Assembly: GCA_009840175.1 (NCBI GenBank)
Contig: VXOI01000062.1
Span: forward strand, 4,727 to 68,726
Direction: 5' to 3'
From: Chloroflexota bacterium
Lineage (GTDB): Bacteria; Chloroflexota; Dehalococcoidia; Lucifugimonadales; UBA3495
DNA length: 64,000 bases
Made by a program: the position numbers and the translations under genes. The notes beneath the pieces are model-generated. The model was not told the origin of the DNA. It worked only from the letters and a program-made list of their open reading frames with translations, and did no database searches. Position 1 is the stretch's first letter. Each line of letters begins with the position of its first letter. This document shows positions 52,214 through 62,444 of this stretch, piece after piece.

Positions 52214-54118
52214 CTAGCGCCGCAGCCACCACACCAGCCCGGCGGCCAGCGCCATCAAGCCCGGCAGGAACAGCCAGGAAGAAAAGCGCACGAAATTGTA
52301 CTCGTTGCGGTCCAGGTTGAACTCACGGAAGGCCAGCGCCTTGGGCCGGATGGATACCAGCGAGTAGTCGCCCAGCAGGTAGTTGGTGGAGTTTACGAAC
52401 ATATCCAGGCCGCTGCCGCGCCCTATGTTGCTGTTGGCCACGAAGTCGGCGTCGCCAAAGGCCATTATCAGCGAAATGTCGCTTTCCACAGGGCCTTCTT
52501 CCGGCAGGGCCATGCCGACCTTGGCCGCGGAGCGCATCAGCATCGCGGGGATGAAAGGCCCCGGCACATCGGCGTTCTCGCCTTCGGTGACCGGGTCGGT
52601 GCGGTCCGGGTCGCCGATGATATAGCTGTTGGGCGAAGTCACCGACAAGGCCAGCGGGAGCCTCGCGCCGTCGGTGACGGGAAGAGGACTGAGAGCGGCG
52701 GCGTCCGGCATGAAGATATCCTGCAACTGCTGGCCTTCCGGAGCCACAATCTCGAAGGCCGCTTCAAATGCGCTCTGCATTGCCGCTTCATTGTTGCCCA
52801 GAACCAGCAGATTGAAGTTCACGATTGTATTGAAGTCCATGTTCAGAGCAAGGGTCTGGGGGAGTCCAGGCACCGAGGACTCTATGTCCCTGATGTAGCC
52901 GGGCAGAAGGATGATTCCCCACTGTATGAGAAATTCCCGCCAGGAATCCGGGGTATCCGGCTCGGCCAGGAAAATCATGCTGCCGTTCTCACGCCTTCGC
53001 TGGCCTTCGGCATCCCGGCCCAGCAGGTACAGGTCAAGGGCAAGAGCATGGTCAACCGGCAAATCCGAGGTCGGCCCGGCCACCACCACCAGCGCGGCGT
53101 CTTCCGGTACCTCCACGTCGGTGCTGTTGCGTGGCCAGACCAGGCCTTGAGCCAGATAGTTTTCCTGCTCCAGGGCCTGCCTGAGCAGCGCGTAACCGTC
53201 TCCTCCGCCGCTGTCCAGGTTTCGTTCGCCGTGACCGCCCAGGAAGTAAACCGTCTTCTGCTCCAGTCCGGTGGCGACGTAAAGGCTGGTGACCAGGTCT
53301 TGCTCCAGTTGACCGAAGGCTATGTCGGTCGGTTGAAGCGAGTCGAACTCGCCGGTGGTGAGATTTTCGATGACCACGGTTTCGCTGACAAAGCCTGTAG
53401 GCCGCGCTCCGAAATAGGCAGCCACGATGCTTGGCTCCAGGTCCGGGTCCACCACCCGATAGGTGAACTTGCCGGAACGGGCACTGAACTCATCCAGCGT
53501 ATCCACCACGCGATTGCGCCGCGCCGCAACGTTGGCGTCGGGAGTCTCTTCCAGAGCCTTGTAGAAGGCAGTGGCTTGGATGTCGTCCTCCAGGCCTTCC
53601 AGCAGCTCCTTGGTGCGCTCCGACAGGCTGAATTGATTGGTGGCGGTGACGTCTGACCTCTGCTTGTTCTCAAACGACACCACGTTTATCACGATGACAA
53701 TGCCTATGAACGCCGCCAGCAGTATCAGCGTGTTGATTCCGTAACGGCCCGTGCGGCTGAGGAAAGCGGCAATCACCGTGCTGATGAAGACCGCCCCAAC
53801 CAGCCCGATGAGGGATGCGCCGATGGCGATGTCTATCCAGCCGTACAGGCGCATCGAGCTGACAAAGGCTACGACCACGATGCCGGTCACCAGCCCGATA
53901 ATGCCGGCGACGAGAAGGGGAGCGCCGAATATGCCGACGACGTCCACGGCGGGGTCAAGGAAACTGATCAGGGTACGGGAGGTCTGCTCCTCCGGCTCAT
54001 CCGCCGAATGGTCTCCGGATTCCTCCGGTGCCGCCTGCGCAGACTGTTCCTGGAGTGGACGCCTGCGCCGTCTGCGCCGCCAGTCTCGGGGTCCCTCGTC
54101 CTGCTGTCGAGTGCTCAT
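52214..54118 (-). CDS. GldG-like ABC-2 transporter auxiliary component
   Basis: 634 aa with an Arg-rich N-terminus, TM segments at both ends and a large extracytoplasmic domain. It follows ABC-2 ATPase and permease genes. Confidence 0.65.
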   Translation of the reverse strand: MSTRQQDEGPRDWRRRRRRRPLQEQSAQAAPEESGDHSADEPEEQTSRTLISFLDPAVDVVGIFGAPLLVAGIIGLVTGIVVVAFVSSMRLYGWIDIAIGASLIGLVGAVFISTVIAAFLSRTGRYGINTLILLAAFIGIVIVINVVSFENKQRSDVTATNQFSLSERTKELLEGLEDDIQATAFYKALEETPDANVAARRNRVVDTLDEFSARSGKFTYRVVDPDLEPSIVAAYFGARPTGFVSETVVIENLTTGEFDSLQPTDIAFGQLEQDLVTSLYVATGLEQKTVYFLGGHGERNLDSGGGDGYALLRQALEQENYLAQGLVWPRNSTDVEVPEDAALVVVAGPTSDLPVDHALALDLYLLGRDAEGQRRRENGSMIFLAEPDTPDSWREFLIQWGIILLPGYIRDIESSVPGLPQTLALNMDFNTIVNFNLLVLGNNEAAMQSAFEAAFEIVAPEGQQLQDIFMPDAAALSPLPVTDGARLPLALSVTSPNSYIIGDPDRTDPVTEGENADVPGPFIPAMLMRSAAKVGMALPEEGPVESDISLIMAFGDADFVANSNIGRGSGLDMFVNSTNYLLGDYSLVSIRPKALAFREFNLDRNEYNFVRFSSWLFLPGLMALAAGLVWWLRR

Positions 54119-54119
54119 G

Positions 54120-54833
54120 CTAACGCCACCGCCGTGCTTCCAGCGCGCGCACCGACAGGAAGAGGAAGAAGGTGATGACGCTGAGATAGTAGACGATGTG
54201 CTTGGTGTCTATGATGCCCCGGTCGAAATCGTCGAAGTGGGTCTTCATGCCCAGCTCGCCGATAATTTCACCGGGAAAACCGCCAACAGCGCCAAAGGCG
54301 AGGTCGGCGAAGAACAGGGCCAGCAGAATGCCCATTGCGACCACTGCGGCCACTATCTGGTTATTGGTCAGCGTGGATGTCAGCAACCCCACGGCCAAGG
54401 CGGCGGCTCCGTAAAGCACCAAGCCCAGGTAACCTGCATATATCGGCCCCGGGTCCGGGCTGGCGTAGACAAACAGCAGGATCACGTAGAAGCCCGACAT
54501 GGCAACCAGCGCGAGGAAGAAAATCAGGCTGGCAAGGTACTTGCCGAGGATTACTTCCCAGTCGCGCACAGGAGAAGTGAGCAGTAACTCTATGGTTCCC
54601 AGCTTGGACTCTTCGGCGATGAGACGCATCGTCAAAGCCGGGGCCAGCAGGATGAAAATCACCACAGCCCCCTGGAAGAAGGGGCTGAGAGTCGCTTCGG
54701 GGAATGGATCCCCCAAATCGCGGGAAAAGAAAAACCCGGCCAATGCCAGAAAAATCAGGCCGACGATGTATGCCGTGGGACTCAGGAAAAAAATCTGGAT
54801 TTCCTTCCAGGCCACTGCCCGGACAGTTCGCAT
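54120..54833 (-). CDS. ABC-2 type transporter permease (GldF-like)
   Basis: MRTVRAVAWKEIQIFFLSPTAYIV.. with 6 TM segments. The ATG at 54833 is 2 nt after the ATPase stop. Confidence 0.75.
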   Translation of the reverse strand: MRTVRAVAWKEIQIFFLSPTAYIVGLIFLALAGFFFSRDLGDPFPEATLSPFFQGAVVIFILLAPALTMRLIAEESKLGTIELLLTSPVRDWEVILGKYLASLIFFLALVAMSGFYVILLFVYASPDPGPIYAGYLGLVLYGAAALAVGLLTSTLTNNQIVAAVVAMGILLALFFADLAFGAVGGFPGEIIGELGMKTHFDDFDRGIIDTKHIVYYLSVITFFLFLSVRALEARRWR

Positions 54834-54835
54834 AA

Positions 54836-55789
54836 TTACAGGTCCTCTTGCGTGGTGAGCCGCAGGAATATCTCCTCCAGGCTCATTCCCACCATCTGCA
54901 TACCCCTCAGGCTCCATCCGTTGCTTATGACGGCGCGGGATATTTCGTCGCGCAGGTCGCGGCCTGGCCTCGCCTGTACGATGTAGGTGTGGCGGCCCTG
55001 GTTGTTGCGGTGACTGACGGAAATGACACCGTCAATCTTCTGCAACACGGGCAGCACATCGGCGGACGGGCCTGCCACTTCAACTTCCAGCCGCTCAACC
55101 CCTTGCAGGGATTCGGCGAGGTTCTGAGGCGTATCCTCAGCGACGATACGGCCTTCGTGGATGATGAGCACCCGCTCGCAGATCATGCTGACTTCGGGCA
55201 GGATGTGGCTGCTCAGGACAACCGTCTGCGCACGGCCCAGTTCCTGGATCAGGTTGCGCGTTTCCACCACCTGGATCGGGTCTATGCCGATGGTCGGTTC
55301 GTCCAGCACCAGCACTTCCGGTTCGTGGATGATGGCCTGGGCGATGCCCACACGCTGCCGGAAGCCCTTGGAGAGCTTGCCTATATGTGTCTTGCGGTAG
55401 TCGCCGAGACGGCAGACGTCTATTACCTCGCCCAGCCGGGAACGAATCCGTCCCGCAGGCATCCCGCGCAGCGTTCCCATGTATTTCAGGTAGTTGGTCA
55501 CCGTCATGTCGGTGTAGAGCGGCACCGTTTCCGGCAGGTAGCCGACCCGCTTCCTCACTTCCAGCGATTTTTCCACCACGTCAAACCCGTCGAGGCTCAC
55601 CGACCCCCGGGAGGGCGGCAGAAACCCGGTCAGGATCCGCATGGTGGTCGTCTTGCCAGCCCCGTTGGGCCCCAGGAAGCCCAGAACCTCGCCCTTGCGT
55701 ACGTTGAAGTTCACGTCCTGGATTGCCGGGTACGGCCCGTAGTAGTGGGTCACATCGCTGGCCTGTATCATTGAAGGCTGCGTGGTCAT
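54836..55789 (-). CDS. ABC transporter ATP-binding protein (ABC-2/GldA-like)
   Basis: Walker A GPNGAGKTTT, signature LSKGFRQR, Walker B LVLDEPT. The ATG at 55789 (GGGGAGGG upstream) is preferred over 55846. Confidence 0.85.
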   Translation of the reverse strand: MTTQPSMIQASDVTHYYGPYPAIQDVNFNVRKGEVLGFLGPNGAGKTTTMRILTGFLPPSRGSVSLDGFDVVEKSLEVRKRVGYLPETVPLYTDMTVTNYLKYMGTLRGMPAGRIRSRLGEVIDVCRLGDYRKTHIGKLSKGFRQRVGIAQAIIHEPEVLVLDEPTIGIDPIQVVETRNLIQELGRAQTVVLSSHILPEVSMICERVLIIHEGRIVAEDTPQNLAESLQGVERLEVEVAGPSADVLPVLQKIDGVISVSHRNNQGRHTYIVQARPGRDLRDEISRAVISNGWSLRGMQMVGMSLEEIFLRLTTQEDL

Positions 55790-55982
55790 ACCTGTCAGCG
55801 CCCTCCCCTTGCCTGTTTCCGGCGCGTTATTGTACTCGATATGCATGCCGCCCGCTTCCGGGGTGACGGATAGCGAGGCGGTTTATTTGTGCTCGAACGC
55901 GACAAATGATATTGTATACAACTGGTTTTGCCAACTATCACGATATGCCGTTGTCTCTCAAAAGACTGCGTTTGGAGATGAA

Positions 55983-56438
55983 ATGCACCTGGTTATTGAC
56001 GGATTCGGTGGGAATGCGAGCAAGATGTGGGACGAACAACTGGTCCGTCAATTCTTGACCGATTACCCGGATGCCCTGGAAATGACCCGAATCACCGAGC
56101 CCCGCGTTCTGGTATACGACGCGCCCAAGTCGGAGGATTCAGGTGTTTCCGGCTTTGTCATCATCGCAGAGAGCCATATCAGTATCCACACCTTCCCCCG
56201 GAAGAGCTACGTCAACATAGACATTTTCTCCTGCCGTCCCTTCGACCACGACCGCGCCCTGGAAGACGCCAAGAAGCTGTTCGATCTGGACGACACCCAG
56301 TCGTGGCTGCTGGACCGCGGCCTCGAGTGGCTGGACGAGCGCCAGGGCATGGCGGAAGCGCAGGCACAGCGGGCCGCCCTGGAGTCTGAGCAGGAAGGTG
56401 GCTTGGAAATGAGCCGCCCCGGATTCCGCCGTGTCTGA
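55983..56438 (+). CDS. speH: S-adenosylmethionine decarboxylase proenzyme (class 1, pyruvoyl)
   Basis: ..FVIIAESHISIHTFP.. is the self-cleavage E-S site. The ATG at 55983 has a GGAG 6 nt upstream. The ORF-track N-terminal extension was rejected. Confidence 0.85.
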   Translation: MHLVIDGFGGNASKMWDEQLVRQFLTDYPDALEMTRITEPRVLVYDAPKSEDSGVSGFVIIAESHISIHTFPRKSYVNIDIFSCRPFDHDRALEDAKKLFDLDDTQSWLLDRGLEWLDERQGMAEAQAQRAALESEQEGGLEMSRPGFRRV

Positions 56439-57327
56439 CCAGCCCGACGGCCACGGTTCGGCCCTGCCGTGGGTCTACCAGGGCTTCCTGGCCCTGACCC
56501 CCGAGCAGTCCGCCTTGGAAACTGCCCGTGTCGTTCTGATCCCTGTACCATACGACAGCACCACATCCTACCGCGGCGGGGCGCGGGATGGCCCGGCCGC
56601 CATAATCGCCGCATCCGGCCAGATGGAAGACTATGACCCGGAGCTGGACCTGGATGTGGCCGGGTTGGGCATTCACACCACCCCCTCCCTCGAGCCGCAC
56701 ATGGGCGGCCCGGCCCTTATGGTGCAGCGGGTCAGGGAAGCCGTAGCATCCCGCATAGCTCCCGGTCGCGTCGTTGGCTTGCTGGGGGGTGAGCACTCCC
56801 TCACCGCTGGTAGCGTACAGGCCCACTTCAAGGCCCGTCCGTCCCTGAGCGTGCTCTATCTCGATGCCCACGCCGACTTGCGCGACGAGTACCAGGGCAC
56901 GTCTTGGGGCCATGCCTCCGCCGCTCGCCGGGCCTTCGACCATTGCCCGGTCGTGCTGGCCGGCGTTAGAAGCCTCTGCCTCGAAGAGCGCGATTTCATC
57001 CGTGACAACAGCATTCCGGTGTGGCCATGCCCCCCCGACGGCGACCTTCTGCCCGCCGAAGATATAGTGGCCGCGCTCGGCGATGAGGTCTACGTCAGCG
57101 TGGACCTGGACGTGTTCGATCCGTCGCTGATGTCTGCGGTGGGAACACCGGAACCCGGCGGCCTCAGCTGGGTGCAGGTGGTGTCGCTGCTGCGCCGAGT
57201 GGGCGAGTCCCGCCGCATCGTTGGCTTCGACGTGTGCGAGTTGTCGCCGGGCGAAGGCCCGACGGCCTGCTCCTACACAGCCGCAAGATTAGTGGCGAAG
57301 CTGGCGGCCTACTCCACCCTCTGCTGA
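56431..57327 (+). CDS. speB: agmatinase / arginase-family ureohydrolase
   Basis: The Mn-binding motifs ..GGEHSLT.., ..LDAHADL.. and ..SVDLDVFDP.. are present. It overlaps the speH stop. The start (GTG 56431) is uncertain. Confidence 0.8.
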   Translation: MSDQPDGHGSALPWVYQGFLALTPEQSALETARVVLIPVPYDSTTSYRGGARDGPAAIIAASGQMEDYDPELDLDVAGLGIHTTPSLEPHMGGPALMVQRVREAVASRIAPGRVVGLLGGEHSLTAGSVQAHFKARPSLSVLYLDAHADLRDEYQGTSWGHASAARRAFDHCPVVLAGVRSLCLEERDFIRDNSIPVWPCPPDGDLLPAEDIVAALGDEVYVSVDLDVFDPSLMSAVGTPEPGGLSWVQVVSLLRRVGESRRIVGFDVCELSPGEGPTACSYTAARLVAKLAAYSTLC

Positions 57328-57389
57328 AATGGCCTGTGGTTTGGTATCCTAGATATATAACTTTCAGTGAAGCGGAAGCGCGAGAGCGT

Positions 57390-58121
57390 ATGGGCAAGTC
57401 CCTGCGGCTGGGCCGGATATTCGGTATTCCGGTCGAGATCAACATCACTTGGGTCATCGTATTCCTGCTCTTGACCTATTTGCTGGTCAACCGTTTTGAT
57501 GCCTCCTACCTGCGCTGGCCGGTAGCGCAACAGTGGGCCGTGGCCGTAATAACCGTAGTCTTGTTCTTCCTCTCGGTGCTGGCGCACGAGCTTTCCCACA
57601 GCCTGGTAGCACTCAGCCGAGGAATTCGGGTGGAGGGCATCACGCTCTTCATATTTGGCGGCGTCTCCCATCTCGCCCGCGAACCCGAGCGACCCTCCGA
57701 GGAGTTCCTGATTTCCGTGGTGGGGCCGATGACCAGCATTGCCCTGGCGGTTGTGGCCGGCGGAGTCTTGTGGGGTTTGAATCCGGGGAGTTGGCCTTGG
57801 ACGGCCCGCGTAAGCTCGCCAGTGGAGATAGTGGCCCTGCTGCTGGCCTGGGGGAATCTCAGCGTTGGAATCTTCAACATGGTTCCCGGATTTCCACTGG
57901 ACGGCGGGAGGGTGTTGCGGGCTATCGTGTGGGCGGGCTCCGGCAGCCTGTTCCGGGCGACGCAGGTGGCGGCCCGGTGCGGTCAGGGTGTGGGGTTGCT
58001 GATGATCGTGGGCGGCATCGTGTACGCGCTGAGAGGCAACCTGGTGGATGGAATCTGGGCTGTGGTAATTGGAGCGTTCCTGCTTTCCGTAGCCACCCAC
58101 AGCTACCCGCGAGAGGCGTGA
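57390..58121 (+). CDS. site-2 protease (M50) family metalloprotease
   Basis: [18 protein letters not shown].. with HELSH (HExxH) in a TM helix and ..[12 protein letters not shown]... The ATG is at 57390. Confidence 0.8.
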   Translation: MGKSLRLGRIFGIPVEINITWVIVFLLLTYLLVNRFDASYLRWPVAQQWAVAVITVVLFFLSVLAHELSHSLVALSRGIRVEGITLFIFGGVSHLAREPERPSEEFLISVVGPMTSIALAVVAGGVLWGLNPGSWPWTARVSSPVEIVALLLAWGNLSVGIFNMVPGFPLDGGRVLRAIVWAGSGSLFRATQVAARCGQGVGLLMIVGGIVYALRGNLVDGIWAVVIGAFLLSVATHSYPREA

Positions 58122-58221
58122 GGCCGTCTTGCGCTGGTTAAGAAGAAGCGACGTTTCTTTGTTTCTGGCTGTGCTAAAATATGGGGCGCTACCCAGAGAT
58201 TATTCTGACGACTTGGAAAAT

Positions 58222-59424
58222 ATGGCAGGAAACAGGGACATCGGTATCGTTTACATGGACCACGCTGGCACTACTCCGCTGGCGTCGGAGGTGCTGGGGG
58301 CGATGACGCCATATTTCACCCAGCTTTTCGGCAATCCGTCCAGCATCCACACTGTGGGCCAGGAAGCGCGTTACGCGCTCGACGAGGCCCGCGAGCGGGT
58401 GGCGAGGGTACTCAACTGCCGCCCCCGCGAGGTGGTGTTCACCAGCGGCGGCACGGAGTCCGACAATGCTGCCATAGTGGGCGTAGCCACAGCCCTGCAA
58501 GAGACGGGCAACCATATCATCACCTCTAGCGTTGAACATCACGCTGTCCTGCACACCTGCCAGCACCTGGAATCACAGGGGTACGAAGTAACCTACCTCC
58601 CGGTCGACGCCGACGGCGTGGTGCAGCCTGAAACTGTTCACCGGGCGATTACGGAACGCACCACGCTGGTGTCGCTGATGTACGCCAACAACGAGATTGG
58701 CGTCATCAACCCTCTGCCGGAAATATCTGCTGTGGTGAAGCAGCGGGCCGCCGAGCTGTCCCGCACCATCGTACTGCATACCGACGCGGTGCAGGCGGCC
58801 GGATTCCTGGACCTTGACGTAAAGAAGCTGGGCGTGGACTTGCTCAGCCTGTCCGGCCACAAGTTTCACGGCCCCAAGGGCACCGGAGTGCTGTTCGTCC
58901 GCCGGGGAACCGCCTTTCTGCCCTTCATACTGGGCGGCGGCCAGGAACGGGAGCGGCGTTCCGGCACCGAGAACATCCCGGGAATCGTGGGCCTTTCGGT
59001 GGCGCTGGAGGCAGCCAACGCCCGGCGTGAGGAGCATGGCCGACACTGCGCCGCCCTGCGTGACCGCATCGTCGAGCAGGTGCTGGAGCGGGTGCCGGGC
59101 AGTAAGCTCAACGGCCATTCCACCCAGCGGCTTCCCAACAACGCCAACTTCTCTTTTTCAGGAATCGAAGGGGAGCCGATCCTGCTGGGGCTGGACATGG
59201 CCGGAATCGCCGCTTCCAGCGGCAGCGCGTGCAGTTCCGGCTCCCTGGAGCCCTCCCATGTCCTGCTGGCGTTGGGCCAGTCGGCGGAGGTGGCGCGGGG
59301 CAGCCTGCGCCTGACTTTGGGTAAGGACAACACCTCAGAAGAAGTGGATTATCTGCTGGAAGTTCTGCCGGACCTCGTTGAGCGTCTGCGAAAACTGCCC
59401 AGCCTCACCACTGCCCGGCCTTGA
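58222..59424 (+). CDS. cysteine desulfurase (NifS/IscS class)
   Basis: ..YMDHAGTTP.., ..[10 protein letters not shown].., ..[10 protein letters not shown].. (PLP-Lys) and ..SSGSACSS.. (catalytic Cys loop). The ATG is at 58222. Confidence 0.88.
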   Translation: MAGNRDIGIVYMDHAGTTPLASEVLGAMTPYFTQLFGNPSSIHTVGQEARYALDEARERVARVLNCRPREVVFTSGGTESDNAAIVGVATALQETGNHIITSSVEHHAVLHTCQHLESQGYEVTYLPVDADGVVQPETVHRAITERTTLVSLMYANNEIGVINPLPEISAVVKQRAAELSRTIVLHTDAVQAAGFLDLDVKKLGVDLLSLSGHKFHGPKGTGVLFVRRGTAFLPFILGGGQERERRSGTENIPGIVGLSVALEAANARREEHGRHCAALRDRIVEQVLERVPGSKLNGHSTQRLPNNANFSFSGIEGEPILLGLDMAGIAASSGSACSSGSLEPSHVLLALGQSAEVARGSLRLTLGKDNTSEEVDYLLEVLPDLVERLRKLPSLTTARP

Positions 59425-60320
59425 ATTTCGTAAACAGCGAACAGAGAGATAGCCCGCGCCTTTCTCGCGCCAATGACAGGCGGGCGACTTTCAACTTTGC
59501 AGGCGGTTGCAGGAAGCTGGCGTTGGCGTTCCTGTTTGGGGTGTTGGCGGCGCTGGCGGCGTGTACGTCCGACTCTGCAACCTTCGGCCAGTATTTCCAG
59601 GGACGGACATTGCACGTCAGCGTGGTCAGCCTGGAGCAGGTGCCTGAGCTTCGCTACTCAACCATCGACCCCAACCAGGTTGTTCGCCAGTGGAGCCTGT
59701 CGCCCTCGACGCCAGGCAACGAACTGGTGCTGGCGCGGCTCAAGGTGGAAAACCACACCGCGGTCAGCGCTATCATCAACATTGACCGCTCCGCCGCAGA
59801 GCTGAGGGACTTTTCCAACTCCAGCTATCGGCCTCTGACGGTGTCTCAAACGGTCTGGCAGGATTTCCGAGGAGAATCGGAAGCCTTGGTGCGAATGGAT
59901 CTGGGCCAGTGCTTCGACGGCACTCGCGCCCTGATAGACCCGGGAACCACGGTGCGCTGGCAAAGTGAAGCCGAAATGGATCAGTATGTGGCCTTTGGGG
60001 ACGCTGCCGTCGGAGTCGGGCCCGGCGGCCGGGCTGAACTTGCCCCCGGGACGTCGCTCTCACATACCTTCAGCCAGCCTGGAAACTATTCATACGTGTG
60101 CGGCGGAGGTACCCCCCCCGAATTCCCTGCGGAGGTTCGGGTGGCCCCGGGCGAGGAGCCGGACGATGCCGCAGTCCGCTCGGTGCAGTTCCTGGAAGGC
60201 TCCTTCGAGTTGCTGAGAGGCCACGGACTGGATGGCTACATGGTCTTTGAAGTACCGGCAGGCACCGAGTTTCGTGACCTGCGCTGGCGGGCCGGCGACT
60301 CCGTCACCATCCGCTTCTAG
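59421..60320 (+). CDS. hypothetical lipoprotein with a cupredoxin-like C-terminal motif
   Basis: It has a lipobox ..LAALAAC.. and a C-terminal ..[16 protein letters not shown].. that resembles a cupredoxin loop but lacks the distal His/Met. The start is uncertain (TTG). Confidence 0.45.
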   Translation: MNFVNSEQRDSPRLSRANDRRATFNFAGGCRKLALAFLFGVLAALAACTSDSATFGQYFQGRTLHVSVVSLEQVPELRYSTIDPNQVVRQWSLSPSTPGNELVLARLKVENHTAVSAIINIDRSAAELRDFSNSSYRPLTVSQTVWQDFRGESEALVRMDLGQCFDGTRALIDPGTTVRWQSEAEMDQYVAFGDAAVGVGPGGRAELAPGTSLSHTFSQPGNYSYVCGGGTPPEFPAEVRVAPGEEPDDAAVRSVQFLEGSFELLRGHGLDGYMVFEVPAGTEFRDLRWRAGDSVTIRF

Positions 60321-60388
60321 GATTCGGGCGTCTACAGTAGTCCCGAATTTTTACCCGGCCCGTCCCCTCCGCAACTTTCCCGGAGGCC

Positions 60389-61048
60389 TTGCTCTTGTTG
60401 CAGCGAATCGCCTCGCTGGTAGTGTTCGGGGGCGAGCGGCGTCCTTCGACTGGTTCAGGAGGTACGGCTGCCCAGCCGAGAATCTGGCGGCGGCTGTTCC
60501 ATGTCGTGGCCGGTTCCTGCATTCCAATCGCCGGAATCTTCGCGCCCCATAGCGAGTTCGTAGTCGCCCTGGTGGTCCTGGCTGCCGGCGCGTTGCTCCT
60601 CGACCTCTCCCGGTTCGGCATTGGTCCGCTCAACCGGCTTTATCTCCGCCTAATGGCGCCGTTGCTCAAGAGCGACGAGGAATCTCACATCACCGGCGCA
60701 ACCTATATGCTCATCGCCGCGGCGCTGGTGTTCTGGCTCTTCGGTAGAGAGGTGGGCGTTCCGGTGATGCTTTACCTGTCGCTGGGCGACCCGGTGGCGG
60801 CCATCGTGGGAAGGCGAATGCCGGGACCTCGCCTTCTGGGTAAGTCGCCAGGCGGGACGGCGGCATTCATGGCCGTGGGTGCCGCCGTAGCAGGCATCCT
60901 TATCGCTGCCGGGGTTGTCGAACACCACTGGGCGCTGTGGGCGGGGGCTGCCATCGCAGCCCTCGTCGAACTGGCCGGGATTCCACCCGACGACAACTTG
61001 GTCATACCCCTGGTTGCGGGGGCCGCGATGTGGGCTATGGGAGTGTAA
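60389..61048 (+). CDS. CTP-dependent polyprenol/phytol/dolichol kinase-like integral membrane protein
   Basis: A multi-TM protein with ..HITGATYMLIAAAL.., ..LSLGDPVAAIVGRR.. and ..KSPGGTAAF.., typical of the DolK/VTE5/CdsA-like superfamily. Confidence 0.55.
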   Translation: MLLLQRIASLVVFGGERRPSTGSGGTAAQPRIWRRLFHVVAGSCIPIAGIFAPHSEFVVALVVLAAGALLLDLSRFGIGPLNRLYLRLMAPLLKSDEESHITGATYMLIAAALVFWLFGREVGVPVMLYLSLGDPVAAIVGRRMPGPRLLGKSPGGTAAFMAVGAAVAGILIAAGVVEHHWALWAGAAIAALVELAGIPPDDNLVIPLVAGAAMWAMGV

Positions 61049-61092
61049 AGCCCACGACCTGCCAGGCTCAGTGTATGGGGAAATGACAGCGG

Positions 61093-62442
61093 CTAATTGG
61101 CAGCGCCGTCAAACCGGAGGGTTTGTGCGCGGTCTCGCTGGAATCTCAGATAGGCCGACCGGGACATTGCGGGCTTGTGGGCCGACTTTACTTCCTTGGC
61201 CTTCTTCGCCCCATCCACCAGCAGGTCAATAACCGACATCGCCATGATCTTGGCCGGGTTGATGACCGCCGTTTCGTAGTCCGTGATGACATAGCTCTTG
61301 CTGTGGCCCGGCCCCGTGGCCCCTGCGGTGTAGGGGTGTATGGCCGGCATCAGGTGCGACAGATCGCCCATGTCGGTCGAACCGCCCCGGTTGCGTCCCG
61401 ACGGCATAACCATCGTGCCCTTCTCCCCCACCACGTCCGTCGCGTTGCTGCGGAAGAGATCCTGCAACTGCGAATCGTTACGCATCGGCAGGTATCCCGG
61501 TATGGTTGTTATTTCCACTTGAGCGCCGACGGCCAGCGCTCCCGCCTTGAAGCACCGGTCCACCGCCTCGGAGTTCTTGACCACTACCTGCGGCGTGGCC
61601 GAGCGCACCCGCCACTCCAGGCGCACGTCGGCGGGAACGGCGTTCACCGCCTCTCCGCCCTTGGTAATGATGCCGTGGATTCGCACGGTGTCTTCGCCCC
61701 GGTGGGTCTCCCGGGTCGCGTTGATGGCCTGCAAAGCGAAGGAAGCGGCGTTGAGCGCGTTGATGCCCAGGTGAGGCGAGCTGCCCGCGTGGGCCCCCCG
61801 CCCGAGGTAGCGCACGTACTTGACCACGTGCCCGTTGCTGGTCCCCCCGATGGCGAACTTGCGCTCGCCCATGTCGCTGGCGGTGTGGCACATCATGGCC
61901 ATGTCCACGTCGTCGAATCCGCCCAGGCGAATCAGCTCCTGCTTGCCGCCCAGGAATTCCAGCTTCTTCTGCGCCCGCAGCTCCAGGCGCTGCTCCACCT
62001 CGATGAACTCTTCAGCTGGCACGGCGAAGGGCACGATCTCGCCGTTCAATCTCTCCAGCACTTCCGGGGTCATCAGCCCCATGGTCGCGCCCAGCATCAT
62101 GCCAATCTGGCAGTGGTGCCCGCAGGCATGGGCCGCTCCGGTCTCCGGGTCGGCGTTGGGATGCTCGGTGACCACCAGCGAGTCCAGCTCGCCGATTATG
62201 GCCACGCGGGGCCCGGACCCTGCCCCTCCGGGAACGCGCCCCTTTAGCCCGGTGAGGGCCAGCCCGCTCTCGTGAGGGATCTGTAGCTCGCCGAATTTCT
62301 GCGCCACCAGTCCGGCGGTGCGGTATTCGCGGAATCCGGCTTCCGGGTGCGACAACACCTGTTGGGAGACTCCGATGATTTCCTTTTTCCGCTTTTCGAT
62401 GGTCTCGCAGGCCCGCCGCTTCAACTCTTCGACAGTCAACAT
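61093..62442 (-). CDS. M20-family amidohydrolase (paralog 1)
   Basis: ..GAAHACGHHCQIGMMLG.. is the metal-binding region. 449 aa, clearly similar to the adjacent paralog. Confidence 0.75.
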   Translation of the reverse strand: MLTVEELKRRACETIEKRKKEIIGVSQQVLSHPEAGFREYRTAGLVAQKFGELQIPHESGLALTGLKGRVPGGAGSGPRVAIIGELDSLVVTEHPNADPETGAAHACGHHCQIGMMLGATMGLMTPEVLERLNGEIVPFAVPAEEFIEVEQRLELRAQKKLEFLGGKQELIRLGGFDDVDMAMMCHTASDMGERKFAIGGTSNGHVVKYVRYLGRGAHAGSSPHLGINALNAASFALQAINATRETHRGEDTVRIHGIITKGGEAVNAVPADVRLEWRVRSATPQVVVKNSEAVDRCFKAGALAVGAQVEITTIPGYLPMRNDSQLQDLFRSNATDVVGEKGTMVMPSGRNRGGSTDMGDLSHLMPAIHPYTAGATGPGHSKSYVITDYETAVINPAKIMAMSVIDLLVDGAKKAKEVKSAHKPAMSRSAYLRFQRDRAQTLRFDGAAN

Positions 62443-62444
62443 AA

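Noticed and set aside
55790-55982. A riboswitch or leader structure upstream of speH (193-nt divergent intergenic region).
   Set aside because: I recognise no conserved aptamer sequence there (SAM, preQ1 and so on). It is probably just divergent promoters. This cannot be excluded without a covariance-model scan.
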